Positions 51,386 to 63,759 of a stretch of 64,000 bases of DNA are shown piece after piece. How positions within the stretch are numbered: position 1 is the first letter of the stretch; every line of letters starts with the position of its first letter. The position numbers and the translations under genes are program-made. Origin of the DNA: Carcharhinus amblyrhynchos (taxonomy: Eukaryota); contig OZ336874.1 of NCBI GenBank assembly GCA_965287045.1, forward strand, positions 48,856,001-48,920,000. The letters run 5' to 3'. Under the pieces are notes generated by a model. It had not been told where the DNA came from. It saw only the letters and a program-made list of their open reading frames with translations, and did not search any database.

Positions 51386-53559
51386 CAGGGAGACAGGAGT
51401 GAGTCTGGATTTATGGGTGAATTTCCAGCCATTCCCAATTACTCTGATTTTCATTTGCCAAACCTCTAGAATTTCCTGAAAACCCCCAATTTTTGCCATT
51501 TTATTTGAATTTTCAGTTACTTTAATTTTAGATGCCTTTCTTTCATATGCCTTGTTGTTCTACCATAGCATATTCTTCATTATACCATTTAGTTGCCCAT
51601 CTTCCTATTGTTATCACACAAAATTTGATATCCCGCATATGCTGTCACGTCAGACAACAAAAATTGAAAGACAATAATTTATATCTTGAATCCGAATGGA
51701 AGTGCTGTTAACTTTTTCCATTATCAACATCTGTATGCATGCTTATGCAAATATATTGGCCGGATTTCTCTGGCCGATCATGCCCTTCTGCCAGTGAGGA
51801 CGGAGAATTTGGCGCTCAATGAAGGCTATTATGTTTTAATTCCATCATTCCCTCCTACCCCCACACAAAAAACACCCTGCAGCACCAGGAAGGTATAATT
51901 ACACCCTGACAAGTTTACACAGGCAGCTTCCATGGCAAATGTAGGAATTTAGAATAGAAATGTGATAATCAAGATAAAACGTATGACTTTATACATTATT
52001 ACATCTTCATTCCTTGGTCCAGTTAGCCATGGACTCGACCTCAAGTGTCAGGAGATGGCTGTCTTTCACCCCTTATTACTGGAAATGCCAAAATATCTAA
52101 GGTTGAGTCAGTCACCTCATTCAAATAATGTAGTCACTGAATGTCCCACCAAGGTCACATCTTGCACATGCACCAGACTGAAGAAGCTAGAAATTTTGTC
52201 CCATTGCTTCCATAAGTCCCAAAATACAACAGTAAAATGTGTACCAGCACCTTTGGAAATGGCCAGATTTTCACTACCGAGGTGGGTAGGTCAAATTGGA
52301 AAATTTCCCCACTTGGCAGACTCATCTCAGTTTAGAGGACACCAAATTGCACAATTTTTGCTCTAGGGTGGTGGGTGTGGGACAGGGTTGGAGCCAATGG
52401 CTCCGGAAGCTTGTCCTAAGCAGCCAGCGTGGTGGGCAGGGTTAGAAAGCCTGCCTTGGTTCTCTGGGACATTTGCCCCCGTTGTAATAAGAACAGTTAG
52501 GCCCTCTACCACTCACCCCCATCCCACCCCTACCACTCTCCATGGCCACTCATACCCTTCATGCCAACTTGTGCCCCAAGCCTCTCGCCATGGCCTATTT
52601 ATTGCACTGTGTGATCCTGTTAAGATCACTGTGCAACATGGGTAGTGTGCGACCCATTTGGCACACTGCAGTAGACATTCCGGGTTACTGTGTGGCCTGG
52701 TATCCGCACAGTTTAGAGGAAACATTGATTGCTGTAGAGTAGCAAAAATTATCTTATAATATCACCTTCCAATGAAAAACGACAGCTTTTTGCAGGAGAA
52801 GCTAAGCAGAAAAGTGAAAACATAAAAACTAATCATCTAGTTGTCTTTGAAGGAGGCTTTTCAAGATTTAGAGCGCAAGTAATTTGGCAGGGCTGTCTAG
52901 GGTAATCTCGATCTTTCCAGAAACAGGCAAATCTAATGAAGAAAAATCTACTTAGAATACTGTACATTGTTATATTTAATATGAAAGGCTGATAATTAAT
53001 GTAGTCATGAGATATTGACAACATGCAGTTCACAGAAGATTCATTATTTCTTGTATTAGTTCGCGTACAAAGAATGTTGTCTGTTGTGCAGAGGATCACA
53101 AGCATTCAACCTTTAGAAAACTTCATCCTCTGTGAGCAATGAAGATGGATTTATGTGTCAGCTCATCAGCTGCATTGTCCACCCAGACCCATTCCTTTAA
53201 GATAGATGCTTTCTTCTCTGAAAGCCAATGTGACTAGGTTTTGACAGGTTATTAGTGGTATTTATTGCAACTGTTTTTGCTGCTGTGTCCTTCAGCAATA
53301 AACATGTTACACGATAAGTAGATATTATTCCTCTGATGTAAATGTACCAACAACTGGATGCATGACAAAATCTCTGATCAGGTGTGTTCCTGTCGCAGCA
53401 GTAAAATAACCCTAATCAAAGTTACAAATGCATGCTATGTGATTAGAACAGCCAGTTATTGAAGAGAACAATAATTGGTTGCAAAAGGAAAGAGTGTAGC
53501 TTATCACCTCATTTCCAACGTGAAGGACAGCCATTTGAGGAGAGCAATGATGAAATAAG

Positions 53560-53765
53560 TGGTGATGGAGTATTATCTGCCTCATACTTTCTGATCTGTC
53601 TGCACCTTTTGATACAGTTGAGAACACCATCCTGCTCCAATGCCCCTCCTCCATGTGTCTAACCGAATGAAACTGCCCCTGCCCTTCTTCTGCTCTTACT
53701 GACTCAGTCATAGCCTGATAATCTCACCCTAACACCATTTTCTCTGGAATCCCCCAAGCACTTCT
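53560..53765 (+). mobile_element. L2 RT fragment
   Basis: Encodes LILSDLSAPFDTVENTILL, the L2 motif LLDLSAAFDTVDH. Confidence 0.65.
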
Positions 53766-54070
53766 CATTGAAGGAATCGTCCAGATCCAAAATCTAAAAT
53801 TCCCTCCTTGAATTGGATCATTTCAAACATCCATCTCAAATAGGTCATAAAACTTCCGAAACCTGCTCTGCTATTCAATAGGATCATGGTTGAAATCGTA
53901 CATCAACTCCAGTTTCCTACACTATTTCCAGATTCTTTGATTCCCTTAGTGCCCAAAATCCCATTGAAGCTGGTCTTGTATATGATAGAGCATCCACAAC
54001 ACTCTACGGTAAAGAGTTCAAAAGATTCACAATCCTTGGAGTGAACAAATTTTTCCACAATCAATCCTAA

Positions 54071-55590
54071 AACATAGAACATTACATTACAGCGCAGAAC
54101 AGGCCCTTCGGCCCACGATGTTGCGCCGACCAGCTTTTTTAAAAAAAAACAACACTAACCCACTAATCTAAACCAATCCCATTTCGTCCATAAACCTATC
54201 CACAGATCTCTTAAACGCCCCCAAACTAGGCGCATTTACAACTGCAGCTGGCAGGGCATTCCAGTCCCTCACCACCCTCTGGGTAAAGAACCTACCCCTG
54301 ACATCAGTCCTATAACTACCCCCCCTTAATTTAAAGCCGTGCCCCCTCGTGCTAGCTTTCTCCATCCTAGGAAAAAGGCTATCACTATCCACCCTGTCTA
54401 AACCTCTAATCATCTTATATGTTTCAATAAGGTCCCCTCTTAGCCGCCTTCTTTCCAGCGAAAACAACCCCAAATCTCTCAGTCTCTCCTCATAGGATCT
54501 CCCCTCCATACCAGGCAACATCCTGGTAAACCTCCTCTGCACCCTCTCCAAAGCCTCTACATCCTTCCTGTAATGTGGGGACCAGAACTGCACACAATAC
54601 TCCAAGTGCGGCCGCACCAGAGTTGTGTACAGTTGCATCATGACGCTGCGACTCCTAAATTCAATCCCCCTACCAATAAACGCCAAGACACCATATGCCT
54701 TCTTAACAACCTTATCTACTTGATTCCCAACTTTCAGGGATCTATGTACACATACACCTAGATCCCTCTGCTCCTCCACACTATTCAAAGTCCTCCCGTT
54801 AGCCCTATACTCAACACATCTGTTATTCCTACCGAAATGAATTACCTCACACTTCTCCACGTTAAACTCCATCCGCCACCTCGCGGCCCAGCTCTGCAAC
54901 CTTTCTAAGTCACCCTGCAAACTATGACACCCTTCCTCACAATCTACCACACCTCCGACTTTGGTGTCATCAGCAAACTTACTAATCCACCCAACTATAC
55001 CCTCATCCAGATCATTAATAAAAATTACAAACAGCAGTGGCCCCAAAACAGATCCCTGAGGCACACCACTCGTAACTGAACTCCATGACGAATATTTACC
55101 ATCAACCACCACCCTCTGTCTCCTATCTGCTAGCCAATTCCTGATCCAATTACCTAGATCACCCCCAATCCCATACATCTGCATTTTCTGCAGAAGCCTA
55201 CCATGGTGAACCTTATCAAACGCCTTACTAAAATCCATATACACCACGTCAACTGCCTTACCCCTATCCACCTCTTTGGTCACTTTCTCAAAGAACTCGA
55301 TAAGGTTAGTAAGGCACGACCTACCCGCTACAAAACCATGCTGACTGTCTCTAATCAATTCATTACTCTCCAAATAACTATAAATCCTGTCTCTAATAAT
55401 CCTTTCCAAAACCTTACCCACCACAGAAGTAAGACTCACCAGTCTATAATTCCCAGGGAAGTCTCTTCTCCCCTTCTTAAACAATGGGACAACATTTGCT
55501 GTCCTCCAATCTTCCGGTACTATACCAGAGACCAACGACGACCTGAAGATCAGAGCCAGAGGCTCCGCAATCACCTCTCTTGCCTCCCAG
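54071..55590 (-). mobile_element. Young 5'-truncated CR1 LINE with uninterrupted RT reading frame
   Basis: ORF 54168-55649: YMDFSKAFD, GVPQGSVLGPLLF, KFADD, LVRPHLEYCVQFW. The first ~20 aa come from flanking older CR1 (53840-54070 and 55590-56270). Confidence 0.97.
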
Positions 55591-56459
55591 AGAAAAGGAT
55601 GACCCTGGTTCAGGGTCTCCAGAAGGATGAAAGAACAGCCTCTCATCACCTATCTTGTGAAGCCCCCCCCCAATAATTTTACACATTTCAATGAGATCAC
55701 CCCTTATTCTTCTAAATTTTAGAGAATGTAGCCACATTGTATTCAACCTGTTCTCATAGTTCAGCCCTGTCATCCCAAGAATCCATCTAGTGAACCTTCT
55801 TTGTAACCGCTGTCAGGCAGTTTATCTTTCCTTAGATAAAAAGACCATAATAATCTAATACCATAGGCTATATAACAGCAGCCACCTCACTTTAACACAA
55901 CCTCCTTGCAGTAAAGGTTAACATACCATTTGCTTTCATAATTGCTTTTTGCACTTGCATGTTAACTTTCAGTGATTTTTGTAAAAGGACATCCAAATCC
56001 CTTTAAATATCAACATTAACTTTTCCCTTTTAAAAGATACTCTGATTTTCCATTCTGCTTAACAACGTGAATAATTTACACATTTCCCACATTATACTTT
56101 ACTTGTCATCTCCTTGCCTTATCATTTAACCAGTTAATATCTCTTTGCATCCTTCTGATAGTTTACTTATCCACTTGATCATTGTAACAGTCAATCAGTT
56201 ACACCCTTCCATCTCATCCATCCATCCCAAAAACCACTTGTTTATTCCTACTTTCTGTCTTCTCTCTTAACAATTCATGGTAATGGTGTGTTACAGTTCA
56301 CTCAGGGAGTCCAAGTTGTTGTGAACTTTTTACACAGAGCTCTGGATACTAATGGCAGAAGCTTTAATGTTCTTTTCATCACTCCCCTGCTCTTAGCATG
56401 TTATGTATATATTTTATCATCAACCTGTTTGACTACATTATAATTGCACTTTCCTTGGT

Positions 56460-56540
56460 CATCAAGTCCTGGAGTAGGACTTGAATCCAGACCTTCCGCC
56501 TCAGAGGCAGGGATGCTACCCACTGCGCCACAAGACCAAT
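56460..56540 (-). mobile_element. tRNA-like SINE head fragment
   Basis: Minus strand tggcgcagtgggtagc (box A) ... ggattcaagtcc (box B). Confidence 0.5.
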
Positions 56541-57183
56541 CAATAGGAAAATATTGCACCAATTTCATGAGATTTGATCTCATGTCTCAATGTCCCGTGA
56601 GGCCACATGAATAGTTTTCTGAAATTCCAAATATGCTCCACACACTAGTTCCCCTTTACCCTGCTAAGTACATCATCAAAATACCTTAATATGCAAATTA
56701 TGATTTCATTTTCATGGGACAGAATTTCACATTTTGAAAAGGGGACTGTTTTAGTGTGATGATATTGTCATATCAAGTGTGATGATGTCAGGTTGTTAAC
56801 CTGTATTATCATGCTGGTTATAACTATTATATAGTGGATGGGTGGGCTTCCACTGTGTAATCGACTGCTATAAAACATCCCTGATGCTGTAATATGTTCC
56901 CAGAACTTGAAACAATCAGATGGAAACCTCATTTTTCTTCATTGTTGGTTGTCAGTCTGGATATTAGGCTGGTGAAGGTGTATGCTTGCCTTTATAGGAC
57001 AGGCTGCTTGCAGGCTTTTGACATGGAAATCCTTGAAGTGCATGAATCCCTCGATCTATCAGTGATATTGACCATTACACTGTCTTCAGAAAGGTAGACG
57101 TAGCTTTGCAGCATTGCTGTAGGCATAGTATATTCTGTTGGAGATAGATCCTCCAGTGAGGTATGTAGTGTTAGGGAATGAAT

Positions 57184-57456
57184 TGTAATGTAAAGGTACT
57201 TTACAGAGCAAGGGTTAATGTGGAACTGGAGAATATCGCCACCCATGGTATGTTGCACAGAGTCACATGATAAGGGACTCTGAGAAACAGTCTAAAAACA
57301 AAACTCTGTAAGCAGCCTAGCTGCATGGAACAGCTCCACGCATGACCTTACCTCAGATCTGTAAATAGTTAGCAACTACAAATAAAGCGCTCATGTTTAA
57401 ATACACAAGCCTTAAGTTCTCCTTTTTGAGATATCTAAAGAACCCAAAATAAAACA
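57184..57456 (+). mobile_element. Gypsy-like LTR followed by PBS-like TAGTGGC and a decayed purine-rich internal region (to ~60240)
   Basis: TGTAATG...AAAACA termini, internal AATAAA at 57381. Internal sequence is interrupted by the SINE/PLE stack and has no intact gag ORF. Confidence 0.5.
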
Positions 57457-57891
57457 TAGTGGCTGCAAATGAAACCATAAATAAGACATGATTAATGGCA
57501 GTGAGATCTTCTGAAAGATTTTATAACATGGTGTGCAGTGTCGGAAGTTTCTAAAATAAATCATATCAGAGATAATACCATAATCAGAAAGATGGCAACT
57601 AAATGCATGAACCCAGAACAACACTCCAAGGTCTGAAAAACTGAAGCTGAACTAGAGAGTCATGCACCTAAGAAGAAAACTTGAAAAGGTTGAAGAAGCT
57701 TCGCCATAGAAAATTTCAAAAACTTTAATGACACAGTTCACGAGATGGTGATCAAAAAATTATAAACAAGAAGATGTACTTACATTGTTTATTAGTTTAT
57801 TTATTCGTGTCACAAGCATGCTTACATTAACAGTGCAATGAGGTTACTGTGAAAATCCTCTAGTTTCCACACTCTGGCACCTGTTCGGGTA

Positions 57892-58891
57892 TGATGTGGG
57901 TATGCCGGCGTTGGACTGGCGTAAACACAGTGAAAAGTCTGACAACACTAGGTTTTAGTCCAACCTAGTACTTCCCCGGAGCGGAGAAGCTACGACATCT
58001 TCTCCGGAGTCTTCAACATATCATTGATGAAGACGAACATCTCACCAGGGCTATCCCCACACCCCCACTTCTTGCTTTCAGACAACCACACAACCTCAAA
58101 CAGACCATTGTTCGCAGCAAACTACCCAGCCTTCAGGAGAACAGTGACCACAATACCACACAACCCTGCCACAGCAACCTCTGCAAGACATGCTGGGTCA
58201 TCGACATGGATACCATCATCACACGTAAGAATACCATCCACCAGGTACGTGGTAAATACTCTTGCAACTCGGCCAACATTGTCTACCTGATACATTGCAA
58301 GAAAGGATGTCCCAAAGCATGGTACATTGGGGAGACCATGCAGACGCTACGACAACGGATGAATGAACATCGCTCGACAGTCACCAGGCAAGACTGTTCC
58401 CTTCCTGTTGGCGAACACTTCAGTGGTCACGGGCATTCAGCCTCTGACCTTCGGGTAAGCATTCTCCAAGGCGGCCTTCACGACACACGACAGCGCAGAG
58501 TCGCTGAACAGAGACTGATAGCCAAGTTCCGCACACATGAGGACGGTCTCAACAGGGATCTTGGGTTCATGTCGCACTATCTGTAACCCCCGTGACTTGC
58601 CTGGGTTTGCAATACCTCACTTACTGTACTGTCTGGAGACAATACACATCTCTTTAAACTGTGATCAGTGCTCCTTCCACTCACATTATCAGCCACTTCA
58701 GGTCTTGAACAGCAGGTTAGGTGTAAGGATTCGCATTCTAATCAGTAATCTCTAAACTGTCTGTGCTTTATATGCTCTGTCTGAGGCCAGAACTCTCCAT
58801 TCACCTGACGAAGGGGCTAACCCCGAAAGCTTGTGAGTATATTATCAAATAAATAGGTTGGACTAAAACCTGGTGTTGTCAGACTTTTCAC
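57892..58891 (+). mobile_element. Penelope-like (Neptune-type) element, 5'-truncated, inverted pLTR end, 14-bp TSD
   Basis: Open frame 57969-58586 with Cys linker CHSNLCKTC and GIY-YIG VYLIHC..WYIGET. 38-bp inverted termini. CACCTGTTCGGGTA at 57878-57891 and 58889-58902. Confidence 0.93.
58799..58838 (+). ncRNA. Minimal type I hammerhead ribozyme (PLE pLTR)
   Basis: AUUCAC-CUGACGA-a-GGGG-cuaa-CCCC-GAAA-gcU-U-GUGAGU: 6-bp stem I, 4-bp stem II, palindromic AGCU stem/loop III. Confidence 0.8.
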
Positions 58892-60299
58892 CTGTTCGGG
58901 TACACAGGGGGAGAATTTAGCCTGATCAATGCACCTAACCAGCACATCTTTTGTACTGTGGGAGGAAACTGGAGCACCCAAAGGAAACACATGAAGACCC
59001 AGGGAGAACGTGCAGAGTCCGCAAAGTGACCCAAGCCGGGAATCGAACCCAGGTCCCTGGTGCTGTGAGGCAGCAGTGCTAACCGCTGTGCCACCGTGCT
59101 ACCCCATTGTAGAATTGATGGCAGTTCCACAGACCCAGGAACTTTGACAAGCTGCAAGACAGCTGCAGTAAAAAGAACTGGAAAAAAGGCAAGTTGAGAA
59201 GAGGAAAACCTGCAGGACAGAAAGTCTGACAGAGTTAAATACAGAAGTCTGCAGAGTTTAAGAGAAAGGGAACCCCTTTCAGCAGGGATCTTGACTGCTG
59301 TTTCACAATTTTCTGTTGGGTTAAAGAAAGGGCAGTTTATTCAACCTCTTGTCTTAAAATAAGCATAGCCAGTCTTCAAGCTGACTGCAGTGCAAAACTG
59401 TACAACAGCTGGAACAGTCAGTCTGTACCTACATTGATATCTTTGTTACAAGTAACACCTGCAAAGCCTTTTCAAAGATCTGCCCAGCAACAAGCCTCAA
59501 AAAAAGACAGAGGAATGCCTACTGTATCTTTGCAACAAAGGTAAAAAACTGCACACAGTCTTAAAGAGCTAACAACATTTAAAGCAGTAACTGCAAGAGA
59601 AAATGGTTATGGACAGAAAATTAGAAGAGAGTTCAGAGAGAAGGAAACTCCATCAAAGGCAACAGGAGACCAAAGATAGAAGGCAACTCTGCTGTGGGCA
59701 ACTGGGGACTCCAGAGAGTGAGCAACCGTGCTGAGGACAAGAGACCCCAGAGAGAGAGGGCAACTCAGCAGAAGGCAACAAAATACCTCAAAGGGAGGGG
59801 AACAAGAGAATAAACAGTCAAAAGGACAGTTGATTGTTCTTCAAAATCAAATGCAAAAGGAATGTGTGACCATTCAGCAACATGAAGAAACAAAAATTGT
59901 CTTAAACATAGAATGGAAACACAGTGGTAGACATGTGAGGAGACAATGAATTACAGGGAGACTCAAGAGGAAGCAAGTGAGCTTCAGAAAGAAAAGGAAA
60001 ACCCATTGAAGGACAGGTTGTAAAATTTCCTTCAGTCAAGGATTATTCTCTGGAAAATGATGAAGAGAAATTCCACATCGTGCTGAACAAACATATGAAC
60101 CAGTTGGTGGGGCGTCTCAGCGAAGTTCTACATTCCAGGAGGAAACGAAAAGCTACAAGAAACTGACTGAAGAGCTGAAGAAGCAGTGAATGACAAAGAG
60201 GACGCAGTGAAAGGGAAAGCTGTAAAATTTTCTAAACTATGAGTGGATATTGTCCTTTGTAAATTGATACAAATAATAAATTCACCATGTGCACTGAAG

Positions 60300-62050
60300 G
60301 GTGCTGACTGGGGCGGGTTTCTTGATTCTTTTCAGGGTTTGCAGCATGGTGTTCCACATCCACTTGTAGCTGTGGTGGAGACAGGCTTCTGTCCCTCAGA
60401 CCACCCCCTCCCCCCACCCCCCGTCTGTGATGATTTTAACAGCCACCCTCTAGCTGCCTGAGGCTATGACTGATCCAGCATAGTGGATGTATCCTGTCAG
60501 TGACAGGAGGTACATCTGTCACCTCGGCACTTGAGGCTATCTGTGCCAATGACAGAGAGGAGGAGGAGGAAAGGATGTCCCCATCAAAACTATCCTGAGA
60601 GGGGTCCCCACGTGGTTTAAGCTGCTGCTCACTGTCTGTATTGAGATCCAGTTGGCACTGGCAGCTTTCCTGAGGGTGGCCAGGGCCTGGAGGTAACTCC
60701 GGCTCCTGTTCCCCTATCACCCTAAGTCTGCTCCCCTGAGCACAGAGATATTGGGCACGAACTGATGAAAAAGTTTCTAACTGCCGACCGAATGAGAAAA
60801 CGGGAGAGAATGGCGACATAAAGGGTGCGAAGCAGATCATGCTGACAAAACAAGGCCAGGAAGACGGCTTTTGGCGTGAGACTGGTTCAAACCCAGCGTG
60901 AAAGCCTTATGTGCTATCTTCCCAGCTTGATGTACCAAGCCTGGCACAACGGGCCGGATAGATTGCACGCCTTGTGCTGGAGTGCAGCTCGGAATGCATT
61001 ATTGCTTCATTAATCTGCTGGTTGCTGCTGTCCAGCCTGGAGTCTGTTAATGGAGGAATCCTACATTCTGATGGGTGATCGCAACGCTCATTATTGGATA
61101 GACACCTCCAATATCCATGCCAGAACATGCATCTACTCTAGTATCTGCACCACACACCTCACGCTGGACATCCAGTCTCTGTCACATTACATCAAATCCA
61201 GATGCTCATCATCTGTCTGAAACTCAACATCTGGTTCTCCTCTGGCAATCTTCCAGCAGCCAGAGGTCTGCTGCACCTCAGTCTCTGGCAGCCTCATGAG
61301 CAGCTGTGAGGTGCCCTCAGCTTGTGGTTCCCTCAGTCCGAGGCACAATTCCCAATTGAGATGCGCTGGTGCTGGGTACGGAGCAAGGATGTAACGCTAC
61401 ACCCTCTGAGACTTCCTTTTCCTTCTGAGGTTAGTGTGGGATCCTCTGGGCTGGCAGCACCAGCAGCTGATGTTGCACCCATGTAGGGGACCAAAGTAGG
61501 AATGGTTAATGTCATTTTCAACCTTTGAGGTGAGTACACAGAGAGAAGCTTCCACACTGGTAGCAGTCCAAGAATTGCAAGATGCCAATCTTGGTTTGCA
61601 TTTCACAGCTTCCATCAAGGGTACACTCTTTTCTTCCTGTTGCTTGAGAGTGTTCAAATTCAGAGACCATTAATGCCTCTTCCATTACAACATGCCAGAT
61701 ATCATACACCCTCCCTTTAGTCCTCTTAACATAAATCTCTTTCAAACGTACATAGTTCTTCTTACAATCTCATCATCCAGTGGCCTTTCTCCAATTTCAC
61801 CTCTACCAAGGGACTAGCTCCATTCATCAGCTGTACGCTGTAACACCTCTTCCTCTCTGGATCTGTGGATTGCCAGGTTTGGCACACCATCTTCCACCAT
61901 GCCTCTTTCTCTTTCTCTGTGGGCCCTCTTCTCCTGTAATTAAAGTGTGACATTACAATGATTTTGAATCCCCTCTGTGATCATTCCTTCACACATATGG
62001 TCTAAGAGAACTCCACAGTTTGCACAATGATTAGTGGCCAATAACCAGCC
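60300..62050 (-). mobile_element. Decayed Harbinger accessory (Myb/SANT-like) gene remnant
   Basis: Minus strand after ttacag (~61935): EKRAHRERERGMVEDGVPNLAIHRSREEEVL resembles the K.AHNRRER..TGGG.P motif. Boundaries uncertain. Confidence 0.5.
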
Positions 62051-62653
62051 TGTCTCTAACACCACACTGATGGGATGGTGTTCCGGTTTTGATCAGGTAC
62101 ATTACAATAGTATTTTAATGTTTTATGGTGTTTCTTGCTGTCTTCCCCTGTGATCTTCTAATGTTTCATTATGTAATAAAACTAGTGGATAGTTCATTTT
62201 TTAAAGCAAAGGATAGCATTGAATTAACAGGCGTGGGACACCAGTGCAAAATGACAAGTAAGTTGAAGAGTTGCTGCACTGTTCTTATAGTATTGAATAT
62301 TCAATATATCTGACTCACTGAAAACACTTGCAAATATCATTGAATTTTAATCAATAAGAAATTGAGCTTCACAGCACATTTCCATAGTCTTCAACTCGTG
62401 TAAGATATCTTTCAGCTGTCTTCTGATCCCTTCGTGGTAACCTCCTAGGTGAACCCAAAAGTGAGCTGTAATAAACCTTAAGTAAGATCTACATTTATAG
62501 TCAATGACAAAAGGTCAGTTAAGACTTGAGATTTCAAGTCTTAACATTAATATTCTCAGCTTTTTGGATAAGGTTAAGTGTAGTTTTTAATCCTGCTCTT
62601 GTTCAAAGTAATGAGGTTACACTGAGGCTTCACTTAAAGGAATTTTTTAAAAA

Positions 62654-62868
62654 GCCATCTTGGCCTTTTGGCTTAGATGAAGCTTAGACCAAGCCTGGGA
62701 AGGGGTGCAAGCCTCATCCTGTCAGCTTGAATCTGGTTTGATCAAGCCCAAGACATGAGTATGGACTGTCTTGTCATCTTGGATCTGGAATGTCTATCAT
62801 GTAGGGACTCAGCTTGGACCAAATTGGATTTTTGATAGGAAATAAAGTACCAAAAGGTACAAAAAAAC
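62654..62868 (+). mobile_element. Short A-tailed element with U2 snRNA-like 5' head (copy 2)
   Basis: 62658-62677 TCTTGGCCTTTTGGCTTAGA (18/20 to U2 nt 7-26). Same internal repeats as copy 1. AATAAA at 62841. Confidence 0.72.
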
Positions 62869-63759
62869 ATTAATATTAATGCACAAAAAACTAATTGGGG
62901 TTTTGCTGAGAAGAATGATGTAATTAATTCATAACCATGAGAATTAACAAAAGCACTATTGATTGTATTACAAAGAAAACCACCTGGGATTTTAACCATT
63001 GTTTTGAGAAGATGACAGAGTAACTTTCAACAAGCGCATAAGACGCACATTATGAAATTGAATGCTACGCTTACGTCCTAACCAATTTTCCATTCCACAT
63101 TAAGACTAAATAGGGCGTATAGCTGTCAGTCAATCTGATGACCACACACAACTTGAAAGTCACTTCCAAAATGCATTTTGTCAAATTTGTCTCTGTGCTG
63201 GACACTTGACAGACCATCTTTTTGATTCATTCATTAGATGTGGACATCACTGTCTGGGCTAGCATTTATTGTCCATCCCTAACTGCCCTCAAACTGAACA
63301 GAGTCATACCATGTAGCTCTGAATCTGGAGTCACAAGAATGGCAAATTTCTTGACCTGAAGATTATTAGTGAACCAGATAGGCTTTTACAACAACCAATT
63401 CATGGTATTCTGGATATTTATTGAAATCAAATTTCACCATCTGCTGTGGTGGGATTTGAACACCAGTCCTCAGAGCATTACCTTGGGTCTCTGGATTACT
63501 AGTCCAGTGACAGTGCCCTATGCAACCTCCCATGTGAGTCTTTCTGTGGTGGATCATAGCTGTGATAAAGCATTATGTGACAGACAAATTTGGTCCTGCA
63601 CCACATGTTCAGATGGATTCAGCAGCACCAATCCCTCCCATAAGAACACAAGAACACATAAATAGGAGCAGGAGTAGATGATGTGGCCCGTTGAGCCTGC
63701 TCTGCCATTCAATACAATTGTGGCTGACCTTGGACTTCAACTGCATTTTCCTACCCATT

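Larger units (their letters stand above)
57789..59104 (-). mobile_element. Type A SINE split by a Penelope insertion, TSD CATTGT
   Basis: Tail 57789-57891, remainder 58889-59104. CATTGT at 57783-57788 and 59105-59110. Confidence 0.88.

Noticed and set aside
54168-55649. 493-aa ORF as a host gene or autonomous retroelement
   Set aside because: It is a 5'-truncated CR1 ORF2. The apparent Met start derives from a flanking older CR1, and the endonuclease domain is missing.
56460-56540. Genuine tRNA gene (also the heads of the SINE copies)
   Set aside because: Box A/B are present but there is no clean acceptor stem or cloverleaf. Better explained as a SINE head.
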